A stretch of DNA of 64,000 bases from Streptacidiphilus sp. MAP12-33 (GCF_041261265.1 NZ_JBGCCA010000031.1:1-64000), one strand, 5' to 3'. Shown: positions 48,170-58,176, counted from the stretch's first letter. Notes: generated by a model not told the origin, from the sequence alone. Translations and numbers: made by a program.

Positions 48170-48679
48170 GTGGACATCAGCCCGAACGCGCCGGACCTCC
48201 GGCCCGCCCCGCTCGTCCTCCCGGCCGCGCCGATGGAGCCCACCCGCTACTCGCCGGTGCTCCCCGCCGACCTCATCGACCGCACCCCGGTCCTCGCCCA
48301 CCAGCTCGCCATGTTGATGGCTGCCCAGCAGTACGCCGCCGCCCCCGCCCCGCCGCCCGCACCGCCGGTCGAGACGCGGGTGTCGGGGCGGGCCAAGGGC
48401 GCCGCCCTCGTCGCGGTGGCCGGCGGGACCGGCGTCGGCGCCGCGGCAACCGGCGTCGGCTACGCCGCCGGACTGATCGCATCCGCAGGGAGTGGACTCA
48501 TGACCGCAGCCATCGCGCTGGCCATCGCCACCGGCTCCATCTTCGCCCTGACCCTGCTGCTCCGCGGCACCCTCGCCCCCCGCGGCGGCAGGGACAGCGG
48601 CACCACCTACGTCACGCAGAACGTCACCGCGACCGGCCTGTTCGGCCGCGCCCACGGCACCGTCAACAACTACCGCTGA
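48170..48679 (+). CDS. Spd-like membrane protein
   Basis: It has a Pro-rich N-terminus and C-terminal TMs. Confidence 0.45.
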   Translation: MDISPNAPDLRPAPLVLPAAPMEPTRYSPVLPADLIDRTPVLAHQLAMLMAAQQYAAAPAPPPAPPVETRVSGRAKGAALVAVAGGTGVGAAATGVGYAAGLIASAGSGLMTAAIALAIATGSIFALTLLLRGTLAPRGGRDSGTTYVTQNVTATGLFGRAHGTVNNYR

Positions 48680-48695
48680 ACAGGGGGAAGGCCGC

Positions 48696-48944
48696 ATGAG
48701 CTGGGCGAGCAAGGACAACCCCGGCATCTACGTGTTCGCGCCGTCCCCCGAGAGCTACCCGTGGTCGATGCGTGCGCCCTCCCCGACGCCGAGGGCGCAC
48801 TACGTGTGCCGCTGCGGCCAAACCAACGCCGCCGTGGGCGAGGACGCCGTCAAGGCGCTGATCAGTGAGTACCTCACCCACATGAAGGCGACGCACCCGG
48901 ACCTGCCCGAGGTCCCCGGCGGGCAGGCCAAGCGCGCCGCCTGA
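48696..48944 (+). CDS. Small hypothetical protein
   Basis: ORF. Confidence 0.35.
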   Translation: MSWASKDNPGIYVFAPSPESYPWSMRAPSPTPRAHYVCRCGQTNAAVGEDAVKALISEYLTHMKATHPDLPEVPGGQAKRAA

Positions 48945-49048
48945 TTCACATCTGCATCAACTCCAGTACACAGCAGCCAAATTGAAGATCCGTGCTGCGC
49001 GCCGAAGCCCAGAAAGGCCCCTTTGAGGGCCTGAGAGGACTCTGCGGG

Positions 49049-49897
49049 ATGGAATCCACCTTCGACCTGATGAACGTCGCTCTGGCGGTCGCACAACGCG
49101 GTCGCCCGGTCCTTCCGCTCGCCGTGGGCAAGCTTCCCTTCGGAAACTGCGGCGCCTGCCAGAAGAGCCGCTGCGGGGACCGTCCGAACATGCTCAAGCC
49201 CGGCCCGTGTCGGTGTCCGCGCCCATGCCATGGGTGGGCCGCGGCCACCACCGACCCGCGCGTCATCACCTCGCCCCACTGGGCTGCGGCCTGGCGGCGC
49301 GCGGAGGCCCTGGCCTACCACCCCGGGGGCGCCGGGCTGACCGTGCTGGACCTCGACAACGCCGACGCGGTCGCGTGGGCCAGGGAGCATCTACCGGCCA
49401 CGCTGACCGTGGCCACGACCCGCGGCGAGCACTGGCTCTACCGCGGGGCGATGCGCTCCCGCAACAGCGTGCGGCCCGGCATAGACATCAAGTCCACGAT
49501 GGCCTACGCCCGCTGGCTCGGTCCCGGCATCGGTGCCATAGCGGCGCTCCCCGACGCGGTGCGTGCGTTGGCCGCGAAGGAGCCCGCCCCGGTCCGGCCG
49601 GCGGCTCAGGTCAACGTCGTGCCCCCGGGCGCCGCTGGCAGGCAGTGCCGTCACCGCACGCCCGCCTATCTTGACCGTGGCATCGACATGGCGGAGCAGC
49701 GCATCACCGAGGCCCGCGAAGCGATCCACAACACCGTGTACCGGACGTTCCTCGCCGTGTTGTCGGCCCACGGCCGGTGCGGCTGCCTCACCGACGCCCA
49801 CGTCGCGCGCCTATTCACCGCCGCGCAGGCCAAGGGCGAATCGCCGCGGCATTGCACCGACGCATGGGCCAACGCCCGCAGCAAGTTGGGACTGTAG
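49049..49897 (+). CDS. Bifunctional DNA primase/polymerase (prim-pol) N-terminal-domain protein, the replication initiator of AICE-2
   Basis: 'LAVAQRGRPVLPLAVGKLPFGNCGACQ...GAGLTVLDLDN' is the prim-pol fold signature. Confidence 0.6.
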   Translation: MESTFDLMNVALAVAQRGRPVLPLAVGKLPFGNCGACQKSRCGDRPNMLKPGPCRCPRPCHGWAAATTDPRVITSPHWAAAWRRAEALAYHPGGAGLTVLDLDNADAVAWAREHLPATLTVATTRGEHWLYRGAMRSRNSVRPGIDIKSTMAYARWLGPGIGAIAALPDAVRALAAKEPAPVRPAAQVNVVPPGAAGRQCRHRTPAYLDRGIDMAEQRITEAREAIHNTVYRTFLAVLSAHGRCGCLTDAHVARLFTAAQAKGESPRHCTDAWANARSKLGL

Positions 49898-49899
49898 CC

Positions 49900-51375
49900 A
49901 TGTCCGACGACGACAAGACCCCGGCCCGCGAGATCATCGCCGACTACGCGCGGCAGCACTTCCGGTACTTCCGCACCGCCGACGGGACCGTGTACGCGCA
50001 ACAGAACGGCCACCCCGTGGCCCGCCCGATCCGCTCGCAGGGCACCTCGGGCAGCCACCGGCAGGAGCTCATGGTGGGCCTGTTCAACGACGGGCACGGG
50101 GTGTTCAACGGCACCGCGCTCAAGGAAGCGCTGGACCTCATTGAGGCCCTCGCGCTGATCCAAGACGTCCAACCCGTGCACATCCGTGTCGCGCCGGGAT
50201 TCGACGGTGCAACGTGGCTGGACCTGGGCCGCAACGACGGGCAGTCCATCCGGATCCACCCCACCGGCTGGGACACCCTCACCCCCAACCCGCAGGAGGT
50301 GTGCTGGCGACGTACCCAGCTCACCGGCGAACTCCCCCTACCCGCCCGGGACACGAACGGCAAGGGCATCGACCTCCTCCTGGGCCTGTGCAACTTCGCC
50401 AGTGCGGAGACCGAGACCCTCGCCCTCGCCTGGCTGATCGGCTGCCTCGGACCGTCCGTGCCGGTCCCCGCACCCTTCCTCACCGGCCCCCAAGGCGCGG
50501 GCAAGTCCACCGGGGGACGGATGCTCGTCAGGGTCATCGAAGGCATGAGCGGCGACCTGCGCCGGGCACCGAAGGACGAAGAGAACCTGATCGCGGCCGT
50601 GGCTGCCGGGTGGGTCACCGCCCTGGACAACCTCTCCCACCTGGCCCCCGACCTGTCTGACCTGATGTGCTGCATCGTCACCGGCGCCGAAACCATCAAA
50701 CGCGCCCTCTACACCGACGGGGATGTCGTCCGCGCCCGCTACCGCCGGCCCCTGCTGCTGACCGGCATCGACGTCGGCGTGATCCGCCCCGACCTCGCCG
50801 AACGCCTCCTCCCGCTACGTCTGGAACGCCCCCGCACCCGGCGCACCGAAGCCGAGCTGTGGACGGAGTTCGAAGAGGCCCTACCCGTCATCCTCGGGTC
50901 TCTCCTCGACCTCACGGTCAAGGTCCGCGCAGCCGAGGCCGACATCCCCACCGATCTGCGCATGGCCGACTTCGCCCACCTGTGCGCACAACTCGACGTC
51001 GCCACCGGCCTCACCTCGCTGGGCGCTTACCGGACCAGCCTGGACGACCTCAACGACGACGTCATCGAAGGCGACCTCCTCGCACAGACCGTCCTCCAGC
51101 ACGCCGCCGGCCTCGACGCGGGAGCAGAGGAACGCAAGACGTCCGCCGAGTGGCTCCAGGTGCTGACCCACCTCTACACCGGCGACGGCTTCCGCCCCCT
51201 GCCCAAGGGCTGGCCCACCACGGGCAAGGTCCTCTCCGACCGCCTCAAGCGGCTCCAGCCCACCCTCACCGCCCGCGGCGTCCTGATCGACTGGGGCCGC
51301 AACAAAGCAGCCCGCTACATCGAGATGGCCCGCCCACCGGCACCGCCGCCGAACGCGCAGGAACAGGCGTTCTGA
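49900..51375 (+). CDS. Phage/plasmid primase C-terminal (P4/D5-type) SF3 helicase-like ATPase
   Basis: It has a Walker A 'LTGPQGAGKSTGGRM', follows prim-pol and is coupled to it. Confidence 0.6.
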   Translation: MSDDDKTPAREIIADYARQHFRYFRTADGTVYAQQNGHPVARPIRSQGTSGSHRQELMVGLFNDGHGVFNGTALKEALDLIEALALIQDVQPVHIRVAPGFDGATWLDLGRNDGQSIRIHPTGWDTLTPNPQEVCWRRTQLTGELPLPARDTNGKGIDLLLGLCNFASAETETLALAWLIGCLGPSVPVPAPFLTGPQGAGKSTGGRMLVRVIEGMSGDLRRAPKDEENLIAAVAAGWVTALDNLSHLAPDLSDLMCCIVTGAETIKRALYTDGDVVRARYRRPLLLTGIDVGVIRPDLAERLLPLRLERPRTRRTEAELWTEFEEALPVILGSLLDLTVKVRAAEADIPTDLRMADFAHLCAQLDVATGLTSLGAYRTSLDDLNDDVIEGDLLAQTVLQHAAGLDAGAEERKTSAEWLQVLTHLYTGDGFRPLPKGWPTTGKVLSDRLKRLQPTLTARGVLIDWGRNKAARYIEMARPPAPPPNAQEQAF

Positions 51376-51534
51376 CCTGCAACTGAACGCCCCGAAAGGC
51401 AAGAGGAGCACCACCGCGCCCCGGGGTGCTCCTCTTGCTATTCGGCGCAGCGCGCCGCCCGTGGTCGCGCCGCGAAGCGGCTCCTTCTTCTCGTTCTGAC
51501 GCGCACCACACCACAACGACAACCCCATCTCTTG

Positions 51535-51790
51535 TCCTAAGAGAAGAGATCCTGCGTCACCCGCGTCACCCGAGGTCGAAAAGGGCGCCTGAGCTGCCAC
51601 TACAGCGGTGACGCAGCCGCCGACGGCTGCGTCATCCTGCGTCACCTGCGTCACCACCGGGTGACGCAGACCCGTGCCGGTGACGCACCCCCGAAACCTC
51701 TGCGTCACCCAAAGCCGCAGGCCAGAAGCACGGATGACGCGGATGACGCGGTGACGCAGAACGCGGCACCTCGGACAGACATGGCGTCGA
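51535..51790. repeat. Dense array of about 12 copies of the GTGACGCAG / CTGCGTCAC motif in both orientations
   Basis: Direct reading, between the rep genes and xis. Confidence 0.8.
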
Positions 51791-51812
51791 GAACCCAGAA
51801 ACCGAGGACTCA

Positions 51813-52058
51813 ATGAGCCGAATACGTTCCGCTCAATCCGACCAGGACACCGCGCTCCACAGCGTCCTGCCCGATAGGTACCTCACGACCGACGACATCG
51901 CCGAAATCTTCGACGTACCCATCGAAACGGTCTACCAGTGGCGCAGAAAACGCACGGGTCCCCCCGGCTTCCGCATCGGCAAGCACGTGCGTTACGACCC
52001 CGCTGAAGTGAGGGCCTACGTCGCTCAGCTCAAGAACGTCGACCGCGCCGCGGCTTGA
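51813..52058 (+). CDS. xis: Excisionase / AlpA-like HTH DNA-binding protein
   Basis: 'LTTDDIAEIFDVPIETVYQWRRKRTGPPGFRIGKHVRYDPAEVRAYV'. Confidence 0.7.
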   Translation: MSRIRSAQSDQDTALHSVLPDRYLTTDDIAEIFDVPIETVYQWRRKRTGPPGFRIGKHVRYDPAEVRAYVAQLKNVDRAAA

Positions 52059-52134
52059 CGCAGCCTCTCGCACCACCAGGGGTGGCCGTCGGACGGCCAC
52101 CCCTTCTCAACACTGAGAAGGGACTCCGCCTCCA

Positions 52135-53370
52135 TTGGCAGGGAGCATCCAAGACCGTTGGTACAAGACCATCACCGACGCCGAGGGGAAGACGGTTCGC
52201 CTCAAGACCGACCGCTACGGGAAGGGCATGCGCTACCGGGCCCGCTACTTCACGCCCGATGGAGAGCGAAAGACCAAGTCCTTCCCTGACGGGCAGAAAC
52301 GCCTCGCCGAGCAGTGGCTGAGCAACGTCACTGCGGATGTTGCTCGTGGCGACTTCATCGACCCCAACGCATCCCGCGTGACGTTCCAGGCGTTCGCTGA
52401 GAAATGGCTCGAAACCCAAAGCGGCGACCCGAACACCAGGGCATCCATGGTGTCGCAACTCACACTGCATGCCTTTCCTCGCATCGGCCCGCGTCCGCTT
52501 GGGTCGTTCCAGCCAAGTCACATTCGCGAGTTTGTGACGCAACTCGAAGCGTCCGGCATGTCCGGCTCGTACGCCCGCGTCATCTTCTCCAACGTTCGCG
52601 CTGTGCTCTCAGCGGCCGTGGAGGATGGGTGCCTTCGGCGGAATCCCTGCAACTCGCGGACGGTCACCCTGCCGGCCATGGGCATGCGGCGAGTCGTGCC
52701 ATGGGAGCCTGACCGCGTCTTCACGGTGCGTGCCGCCATGGTCGAACGCTTCCGGCCCATGGTCGACGTGGGTGCCGGATGCGGCCTGCGGCAAGGCGAG
52801 ATTCTTGGCCTTTCCGTCGATGACATCGACTTCGACAGCGGCACCTTGCACGTCGTACAACAGCTGAAGCTGAGCCTGAGCAAGCCCGTGTTCGCGCCCC
52901 CGAAGGGAGGAAAGCTCCGCGACGTACCGTTGCCCGACCCCGTGGCGGAGTCGCTGCGCGCGCACATCGAGCGGTTCCCGCCCGTAGAGATCAAGCTCCC
53001 GTGGATGCGGGCGAACGGCCAGCCGGTGACCCGTCGGCTCATCTTTACAGGCCCCAACGGCGGGCACGTCTGGCGGACGTCGTTGAACGAAGACCATTGG
53101 AAGCCCGCACTCGCGCAGGCGGGCGTCATCCCGAAGGCCAAGAGTCGCGAGCACGCTGCCGCCCGCGAGCACGGCATGCACGCGCTGCGGCACTTCTATG
53201 CCTCGGTGCTGCTGGACGCGGGGGAGAGCATCAAGGCCCTCGCCGAGTACCTCGGCCACTCCGACCCGGGGCTGACGCTGAAGGTGTACGCACACCTCAT
53301 GCCGAGCAGCCGGGACCGCGCCCGCAAGGCCCTCGAACGCGTCCTCCAGCCCCAGGGGTCGGAGGACTGA
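52135..53370 (+). CDS. int: Tyrosine integrase of AICE-2
   Basis: It has an N-terminal arm-binding 'RLKTDRYGKGMRYRARYFTPDGE' and a catalytic 'HALRHFYASVLLDAGESIKALAEYLGHSDPGLTLKVYAHL' (R..HxxR..Y). Confidence 0.9.
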   Translation: MAGSIQDRWYKTITDAEGKTVRLKTDRYGKGMRYRARYFTPDGERKTKSFPDGQKRLAEQWLSNVTADVARGDFIDPNASRVTFQAFAEKWLETQSGDPNTRASMVSQLTLHAFPRIGPRPLGSFQPSHIREFVTQLEASGMSGSYARVIFSNVRAVLSAAVEDGCLRRNPCNSRTVTLPAMGMRRVVPWEPDRVFTVRAAMVERFRPMVDVGAGCGLRQGEILGLSVDDIDFDSGTLHVVQQLKLSLSKPVFAPPKGGKLRDVPLPDPVAESLRAHIERFPPVEIKLPWMRANGQPVTRRLIFTGPNGGHVWRTSLNEDHWKPALAQAGVIPKAKSREHAAAREHGMHALRHFYASVLLDAGESIKALAEYLGHSDPGLTLKVYAHLMPSSRDRARKALERVLQPQGSED

Positions 53371-53394
53371 GGGCCCAGAGTGGTCCCCGATCAC

Positions 53395-53437
53395 AAAAAA
53401 GCCTCCCACCCGCGCCATTCGCGCAGGTGGGAGGCAT
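53395..53437. terminator. Intrinsic terminator of gpmA (minus strand)
   Basis: 'aaaaaagcctcccacccgcgccattcgcgcaggtgggaggc'. Confidence 0.65.
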
Positions 53438-53448
53438 GATCATGTTTT

Positions 53449-54210
53449 CTACTTCTTCTTGCCCTGGTTCTTGACCGCCTCGATCGCGGCGGCGGCGGCC
53501 TCCGGGTCGAGGTAGCGGCCGCCCTTGGTGAGGGGCTTGAAGTCGGCGTCGAGCTCGTAGACGAGCGGGATGCCGGTGGGGATGTTGAGCCCGGCGATGG
53601 CCTCGTCGGAGATGTCGTCGAGGTGCTTGACCAGCGCGCGCAGCGAGTTGCCGTGGGCGGTGACCAGGACCGTGCGGCCGGCGGCCAGATCCGGGACGAT
53701 CGCGTCGTACCAGTACGGCAGCATGCGGTCGACGACGTCCTTGAGGCACTCGGTCTGCGGGCGGATGTCGCCCGGCAGCTCGGCGTAGCGGAGGTCGTGG
53801 GCCTGCGAGTACTCGGCGTCGTCGGCGAGCGCGGGCGGCGGGGTGTCGTAGGACCGGCGCCAGAGCATGAACTGCTCCTCGCCGAACTCGGCGAGGGTCT
53901 GCGCCTTGTCCTTGCCCTGGAGCGCGCCGTAGTGGCGCTCGTTCAGGCGCCAGCTGCGGTGGACCGGGATCCAGTGGCGGTCCGCGCGGTCCAGCGCGAT
54001 CTGTGCGGTGCGGATGGCGCGGCGCAGCAGGGAGGTGTGCAGCACGTCGGGCAGCAGGCCCTCGGCGGCGAGCAGCTCGCCGCCGCGTACGGCCTCCTTC
54101 TCGCCCTTGGCGTTCAGGTCGACGTCGACCCAGCCGGTGAACAGGTTCTTCTCGTTCCACTGGCTCTCGCCGTGGCGGAGCAGCACAAGACGGTAGGGAG
54201 CATCAGCCAT
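53449..54210 (-). CDS. gpmA: 2,3-bisphosphoglycerate-dependent phosphoglycerate mutase
   Basis: '[26 protein letters not shown]' and 'HGNSLRAL' are present. The start is at the ATG 54210. Confidence 0.9.
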   Translation of the reverse strand: MADAPYRLVLLRHGESQWNEKNLFTGWVDVDLNAKGEKEAVRGGELLAAEGLLPDVLHTSLLRRAIRTAQIALDRADRHWIPVHRSWRLNERHYGALQGKDKAQTLAEFGEEQFMLWRRSYDTPPPALADDAEYSQAHDLRYAELPGDIRPQTECLKDVVDRMLPYWYDAIVPDLAAGRTVLVTAHGNSLRALVKHLDDISDEAIAGLNIPTGIPLVYELDADFKPLTKGGRYLDPEAAAAAIEAVKNQGKKK

Positions 54211-54315
54211 GGCCCCGAGCCTAGTCCAGGTCGTAATCCGCTGGCGCCGCCGTCTCAGCGGCGAGTAATGTCCCCGATGCTGATCTGACACTTACCTGCC
54301 GAGGTCGGAGCACCA

Positions 54316-55743
54316 ATGGCCACCCCTGCCCCTGCCCCACTCCCCCGTCTCCGCACCGCCGTCCGGGAATCCGTCGGCGGTCTGCCCCGCACCTTCTGGT
54401 GGCTGTGGACCAGCACGCTGGTCAACCGCCTGGGCAGTTTCGTCGTCACCTTCCTCACCCTCTACCTGACCACCACCCGCGGTTTCTCCCCGGCCGTGGC
54501 GGGTCTGGTCGTCTCCGCCTTCGGGCTCGGCGGCGTGTTCGGGGCGATCGGCGGCGGTGTGCTGGCCGACCGCCTGGGCCGGCGGCCCACCCTGCTCGCG
54601 GCCCAGTCGCTCGCAGCGCTGACCACCGTGCTGCTCGGCTACACCACCCAGCCCGAGCTGATCGCGCTGGTCGCCGCTCTGCTCGGGCTCACCAGCAACG
54701 CCGCCCGCCCGGCCATCTCGGCGATCATGGCCGATCTGGTGCCCGGCGCCGACCGGGTCCGCGCCTTCTCGCTGAACTACTGGGCGGTCAACATCGGCTT
54801 CGCCGTGTCCGCCTCGGTGGCGGGTGCGCTCTCCGCCCACGGCTACCTGCTCCTCTTCTACGGCGACGCGATCACCACGCTGCTCTGCGCCGTCGTGGTC
54901 TTCCTCCGCATCCCCGAGACCCGGCCCGAGCGAGCCGTCCCGCAGGAGACCGCCGCGGAGCCGGGGGTCGGCCTCGGGACGGTCTTCCGCGACGGGCCGT
55001 TCATCTCCCTGGTGGGCCTGACCTTCCTGCTGTCGATGGTGATCGGCCTGGGCCAGATCGCCCTGCCCGTCGTGATGGGGCGCCAGGGCTATTCGGCGAG
55101 CCAGTTCGGCCTGGTCGTCGCGGTCAACGGCGCGCTGATCGTGCTCGTCCAGATCCCGGCCACCCGGATGATCAAGGGACGCAGCCGCACCGGAGTGCTG
55201 GTCGCCGCCTCGCTGCTGTTCGGCCTCGGCATGGCCCTGTGCGGCCTCGCCGGCAGCATGGCCTTCTACGCCCTGACCGTCGGGGTGTGGACACTCGGCG
55301 AGATCATCTGGACGCCCGTCAACCAGGCGCTGGTGGCCGAGCTCTCCCCGGTCCACGGGCGCGGACGCTACCAGGGCGTCTTCTCCCTGGCCTGGCAGGT
55401 GTCCGCGTTCCTGGCGCCGCTCGCCGCCGGTGCGATGCTCGCCGGATGGGGCGCCGGCTCGGTCTGGACCACCTGCGCGCTCCTCGGCCTGCTCGCCGCG
55501 GGCGGCTACGTCGCGCTGACGCGCGGCCGCTCCGGCCGCCACCTCGCGGCGGCCCGCGCCGCCCAGGCGGCGCCCGCCGCCCAGCTCGCTCAGACCGCGC
55601 AGGCCGTACAGGCCGTACAGGCCGACCGGGCCGCCCCGCCCGGCGCGTCGGTGACCGGCGCGTCGGTGACCGGCACGTCGGCGACCGGCGCCACGGAGTC
55701 CCGCGCGGACAATTCGGATGCCACCGCCCCGGCCTGCTCCTAG
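54316..55743 (+). CDS. MFS transporter
   Basis: 12 TM-like hydrophobic segments and 'ADRLGRRPTLL'. Confidence 0.75.
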   Translation: MATPAPAPLPRLRTAVRESVGGLPRTFWWLWTSTLVNRLGSFVVTFLTLYLTTTRGFSPAVAGLVVSAFGLGGVFGAIGGGVLADRLGRRPTLLAAQSLAALTTVLLGYTTQPELIALVAALLGLTSNAARPAISAIMADLVPGADRVRAFSLNYWAVNIGFAVSASVAGALSAHGYLLLFYGDAITTLLCAVVVFLRIPETRPERAVPQETAAEPGVGLGTVFRDGPFISLVGLTFLLSMVIGLGQIALPVVMGRQGYSASQFGLVVAVNGALIVLVQIPATRMIKGRSRTGVLVAASLLFGLGMALCGLAGSMAFYALTVGVWTLGEIIWTPVNQALVAELSPVHGRGRYQGVFSLAWQVSAFLAPLAAGAMLAGWGAGSVWTTCALLGLLAAGGYVALTRGRSGRHLAAARAAQAAPAAQLAQTAQAVQAVQADRAAPPGASVTGASVTGTSATGATESRADNSDATAPACS

Positions 55744-55753
55744 AGTGCCGGGC

Positions 55754-57040
55754 ATGGGACACAGCACGAACGCGAACGCGAACGAGATCGTGATCCGCCT
55801 CATCGGCGACGAGGACCTGAGCGCCTGGGGCCAGGCCCTCAACGCCGGGTTCATGCGGCCGAAGGGCGACGGCTCACCCGAGTTCTCCCGTCAGCGGTTC
55901 GAACTCGGCCGTGCCCTGGGCGCGTTCGACGGCGCCCGGTGCGTGGGCACCTTCCGCAGCTTCGCCAAGGAGCTGACCGTGCCCGGCGGCGCCACGCTCG
56001 TCGCCGACGCGGTGACCAACGTGACCGTCTCCGCGACGCATCGCCGCCGCGGCCTGCTCAACCGGATGATGCGCCAGGACCTCGACGCGGCCGTCGCCCG
56101 CGGCGAGGCCTTCGCCATGCTGATCGCCGCCGAGTTCGGCATCTACGGCCGCTACGGCTTCGGCCCGGCCACCGCCCAGCGCGGCAGCCTCATCGACAAG
56201 CACCGCGCGGGCGGCATCCGCGTCCCGGCCGCGTCCGACGAGGGCAGCATCGAACTGATCACCATGGCCGAGTACGGCAAGATCGGCCCGGAGCTCCACG
56301 ACCGCTTCCGCCGCACCCGACCCGGCGCGGTCTCCCGCGAGGACTTCGTCTGGCGCAACAAGACCGGCGAGATCGTCGACCCCGGCGACACCTTCAAGGA
56401 GCCGCTGGTCGCCCTCTACCGCGACGCGGCGGGTGTCCCCGCGGGCCTGCTGGCCTACCGGATCTCCGACGGCGGGTGGCGCAACTGGGTGCCGCAGCAG
56501 ACCACGCTCAAGGTCGAGGACTACTTCGCCGTCGACTGGGCGGCGGAGGCCGCGCTGTGGCGCTACGCCCTCCAGGTCGACTGGATCCAGCGCGTCGAGG
56601 TCTGGGACCTGGCCCCGGACTCGCCGCTGCCGCTGGCCCTGCACGACCAGCGCGCGTGCGTCGACAACAACGACAGCACCGGGGACTTCCTCTGGGTCCG
56701 CATCCTCGACGTGGCGCAGGCCTTCTCCGCCCGCACCTACGACGCGCCGGGGCGCGTCGTGTTCGACGTCTCCGACACCATGGGCTACACCGCCGGCCGC
56801 TTCGTCCTCGACGCGGCCGAGGACGGCACCGGCCGCTGTCTCGCGTCGGGTTCGACGGACGACGCGGTCGTCGACTTCGCCCTCGACGTCAGCCAGTTGG
56901 CGGCCGTGTACTTCGGCCACAGCACGCTCGGCCGGCTGGCGGAGGCGGGCTTGCTGGAGCCGCGTCGCGAGGGCGGCCTCCGGGCCGCGCAGCGGGTGCT
57001 CCGCACCGACCGCGCACCGTGGTGCCCGGACGTGTTCTGA
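55754..57040 (+). CDS. GNAT acetyltransferase, Eis-like (GNAT plus a sterol-carrier-like C-terminus)
   Basis: 'VTVSATHRRRGLLNRMMRQDLDAAVARGEAFAML'. The length and architecture are Eis-like. Confidence 0.65.
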   Translation: MGHSTNANANEIVIRLIGDEDLSAWGQALNAGFMRPKGDGSPEFSRQRFELGRALGAFDGARCVGTFRSFAKELTVPGGATLVADAVTNVTVSATHRRRGLLNRMMRQDLDAAVARGEAFAMLIAAEFGIYGRYGFGPATAQRGSLIDKHRAGGIRVPAASDEGSIELITMAEYGKIGPELHDRFRRTRPGAVSREDFVWRNKTGEIVDPGDTFKEPLVALYRDAAGVPAGLLAYRISDGGWRNWVPQQTTLKVEDYFAVDWAAEAALWRYALQVDWIQRVEVWDLAPDSPLPLALHDQRACVDNNDSTGDFLWVRILDVAQAFSARTYDAPGRVVFDVSDTMGYTAGRFVLDAAEDGTGRCLASGSTDDAVVDFALDVSQLAAVYFGHSTLGRLAEAGLLEPRREGGLRAAQRVLRTDRAPWCPDVF

Positions 57041-57130
57041 GGCTCCCGCTCCCGCAGGGAGCCGCTCCCGACCCAGCGGCGCGAGGCTCCGCTCCCGCGG
57101 GGAGCCGCACCCGACCCAGGGGCGCGAGGC
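57036..57130. repeat. About 2.3 tandem copies of a 43-bp hairpin unit 'gaggctcccgctcccgcagggagccgctcccgacccagcggcgc'
   Basis: Direct reading. Confidence 0.7.
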
Positions 57131-57147
57131 TCCGCCGCGTGGCCGCG

Positions 57148-57190
57148 ACAGGTCCGGGGCACTCAGGGCCATCCGCACCCCGTTGGTTGC
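57148..57190. repeat. Dispersed REP-like element related to 27871-28011 ('ggccatccgcac...ggttgctcgcgccc')
   Basis: A shared about 30-bp core. Confidence 0.6.
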
Positions 57191-57273
57191 TCGCGCCCAC
57201 GCAGGGGGCACCTCCGGGGCACCTCCCGGCCGAAGGCTGGGGAGGAGCCGCACATCAGCAGAGCCCCGCGCCC

Positions 57274-58176
57274 TTACGGGGCTTCGCCCCGCAGGAGCTT
57301 GAGGGTCACCACGTCCTCGGCGTGGCCGAAGCCCGGGGCGGCGCTGCGGTCCGGGGTCTCCAGGATCAGCGGGACGCCCGCCGTCGCCGGGTGGCGGAAC
57401 AGCTCGGCGAAGGGCTCCGCCCCGATGCGGCCGTCACCGATGTTCGCGTGACGGTCCTTGCGCGCGCCGACGACGTCCTTGGAGTCGTTGGCGTGGATCA
57501 GCTTCAGCCGGCCCGGGCCGAACGACCGCTCCAGCAGGTCCAGCGCCCGGGCCACCCCGCCCGCCACGGCGAGGTCGTGGCCGGCCGCGAAGACGTGGCA
57601 GGTGTCGAGGCAGACACCGAGCGCGGGATGGAAGTCCAGCGCGTCCGCGTACTCGGCGAGGTCCTCGATCCGCGAGCAGAGCGACTCGCCCTGCCCCGCC
57701 GTCGGCTCCAGCAGCAGCGGGGGCAGACCGTCCGCCTCCACCTGGTCCAGCAGCGGCAGGACGTCCGCCCTGACCTGCCCCATCGCCTCCGCCCTGCGGC
57801 CCGCGCCTACCGCCGAGCCGGTGTGGACGACCACGCCGCGCGCCCCGATCGCGCGCCCGCGCACGAGCGAGTGCCGCAAGGACTCCGCAGAGCGTTCGCG
57901 GGTCGCGGCCGAGTCGGAGCCAAAGTTGATCAGGTAGGGGGCGTGGACATAGGCGGGCAGGTCCCGCCGCGCGCACTCCTCACGGAAGGCGCGGTCGTGG
58001 GCCGGGTTGCCGACGGGCGTGGCCCAGCCACGCGGGTTGGCGACGAAGACCTGGACGGCCTCGGCGCCGATCCGCTCCGCATAGGCGAGCCCGGTGCCCA
58101 CGAGCCCGCGGGCGGCGACGGGCACGTGGGCCCCGATCGGGTTGCGGCGGCGAAGCGGGTCTTGCTGGTCGTTCAC
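57274..58176 (-). CDS. nfo: Endonuclease IV (AP endonuclease family 2)
   Basis: 'HAPYLINFGS', 'VVHTGS' and 'LCLDTCHVFAAGHD'. Confidence 0.85.
   Translation of the reverse strand: MNDQQDPLRRRNPIGAHVPVAARGLVGTGLAYAERIGAEAVQVFVANPRGWATPVGNPAHDRAFREECARRDLPAYVHAPYLINFGSDSAATRERSAESLRHSLVRGRAIGARGVVVHTGSAVGAGRRAEAMGQVRADVLPLLDQVEADGLPPLLLEPTAGQGESLCSRIEDLAEYADALDFHPALGVCLDTCHVFAAGHDLAVAGGVARALDLLERSFGPGRLKLIHANDSKDVVGARKDRHANIGDGRIGAEPFAELFRHPATAGVPLILETPDRSAAPGFGHAEDVVTLKLLRGEAP

Larger units (their letters stand above)
37787..53448. mobile_element. AICE-2: a second integrative conjugative element (about 15.7 kb) ending in xis-int next to the 3' end of gpmA. The left boundary is approximate
   Basis: Tyrosine int and xis sit at the right end. 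It carries prim-pol plus P4-type primase/helicase, an FtsK-like TraB, GntR, WhiB-like and DUF2637/Spd-like genes, and a low-GC cargo at the left end. The left junction carries a diverged copy of the gpmA 3' end plus terminator ('ccagggcaagaagtaa' on minus at 37787-37802). Confidence 0.7.
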
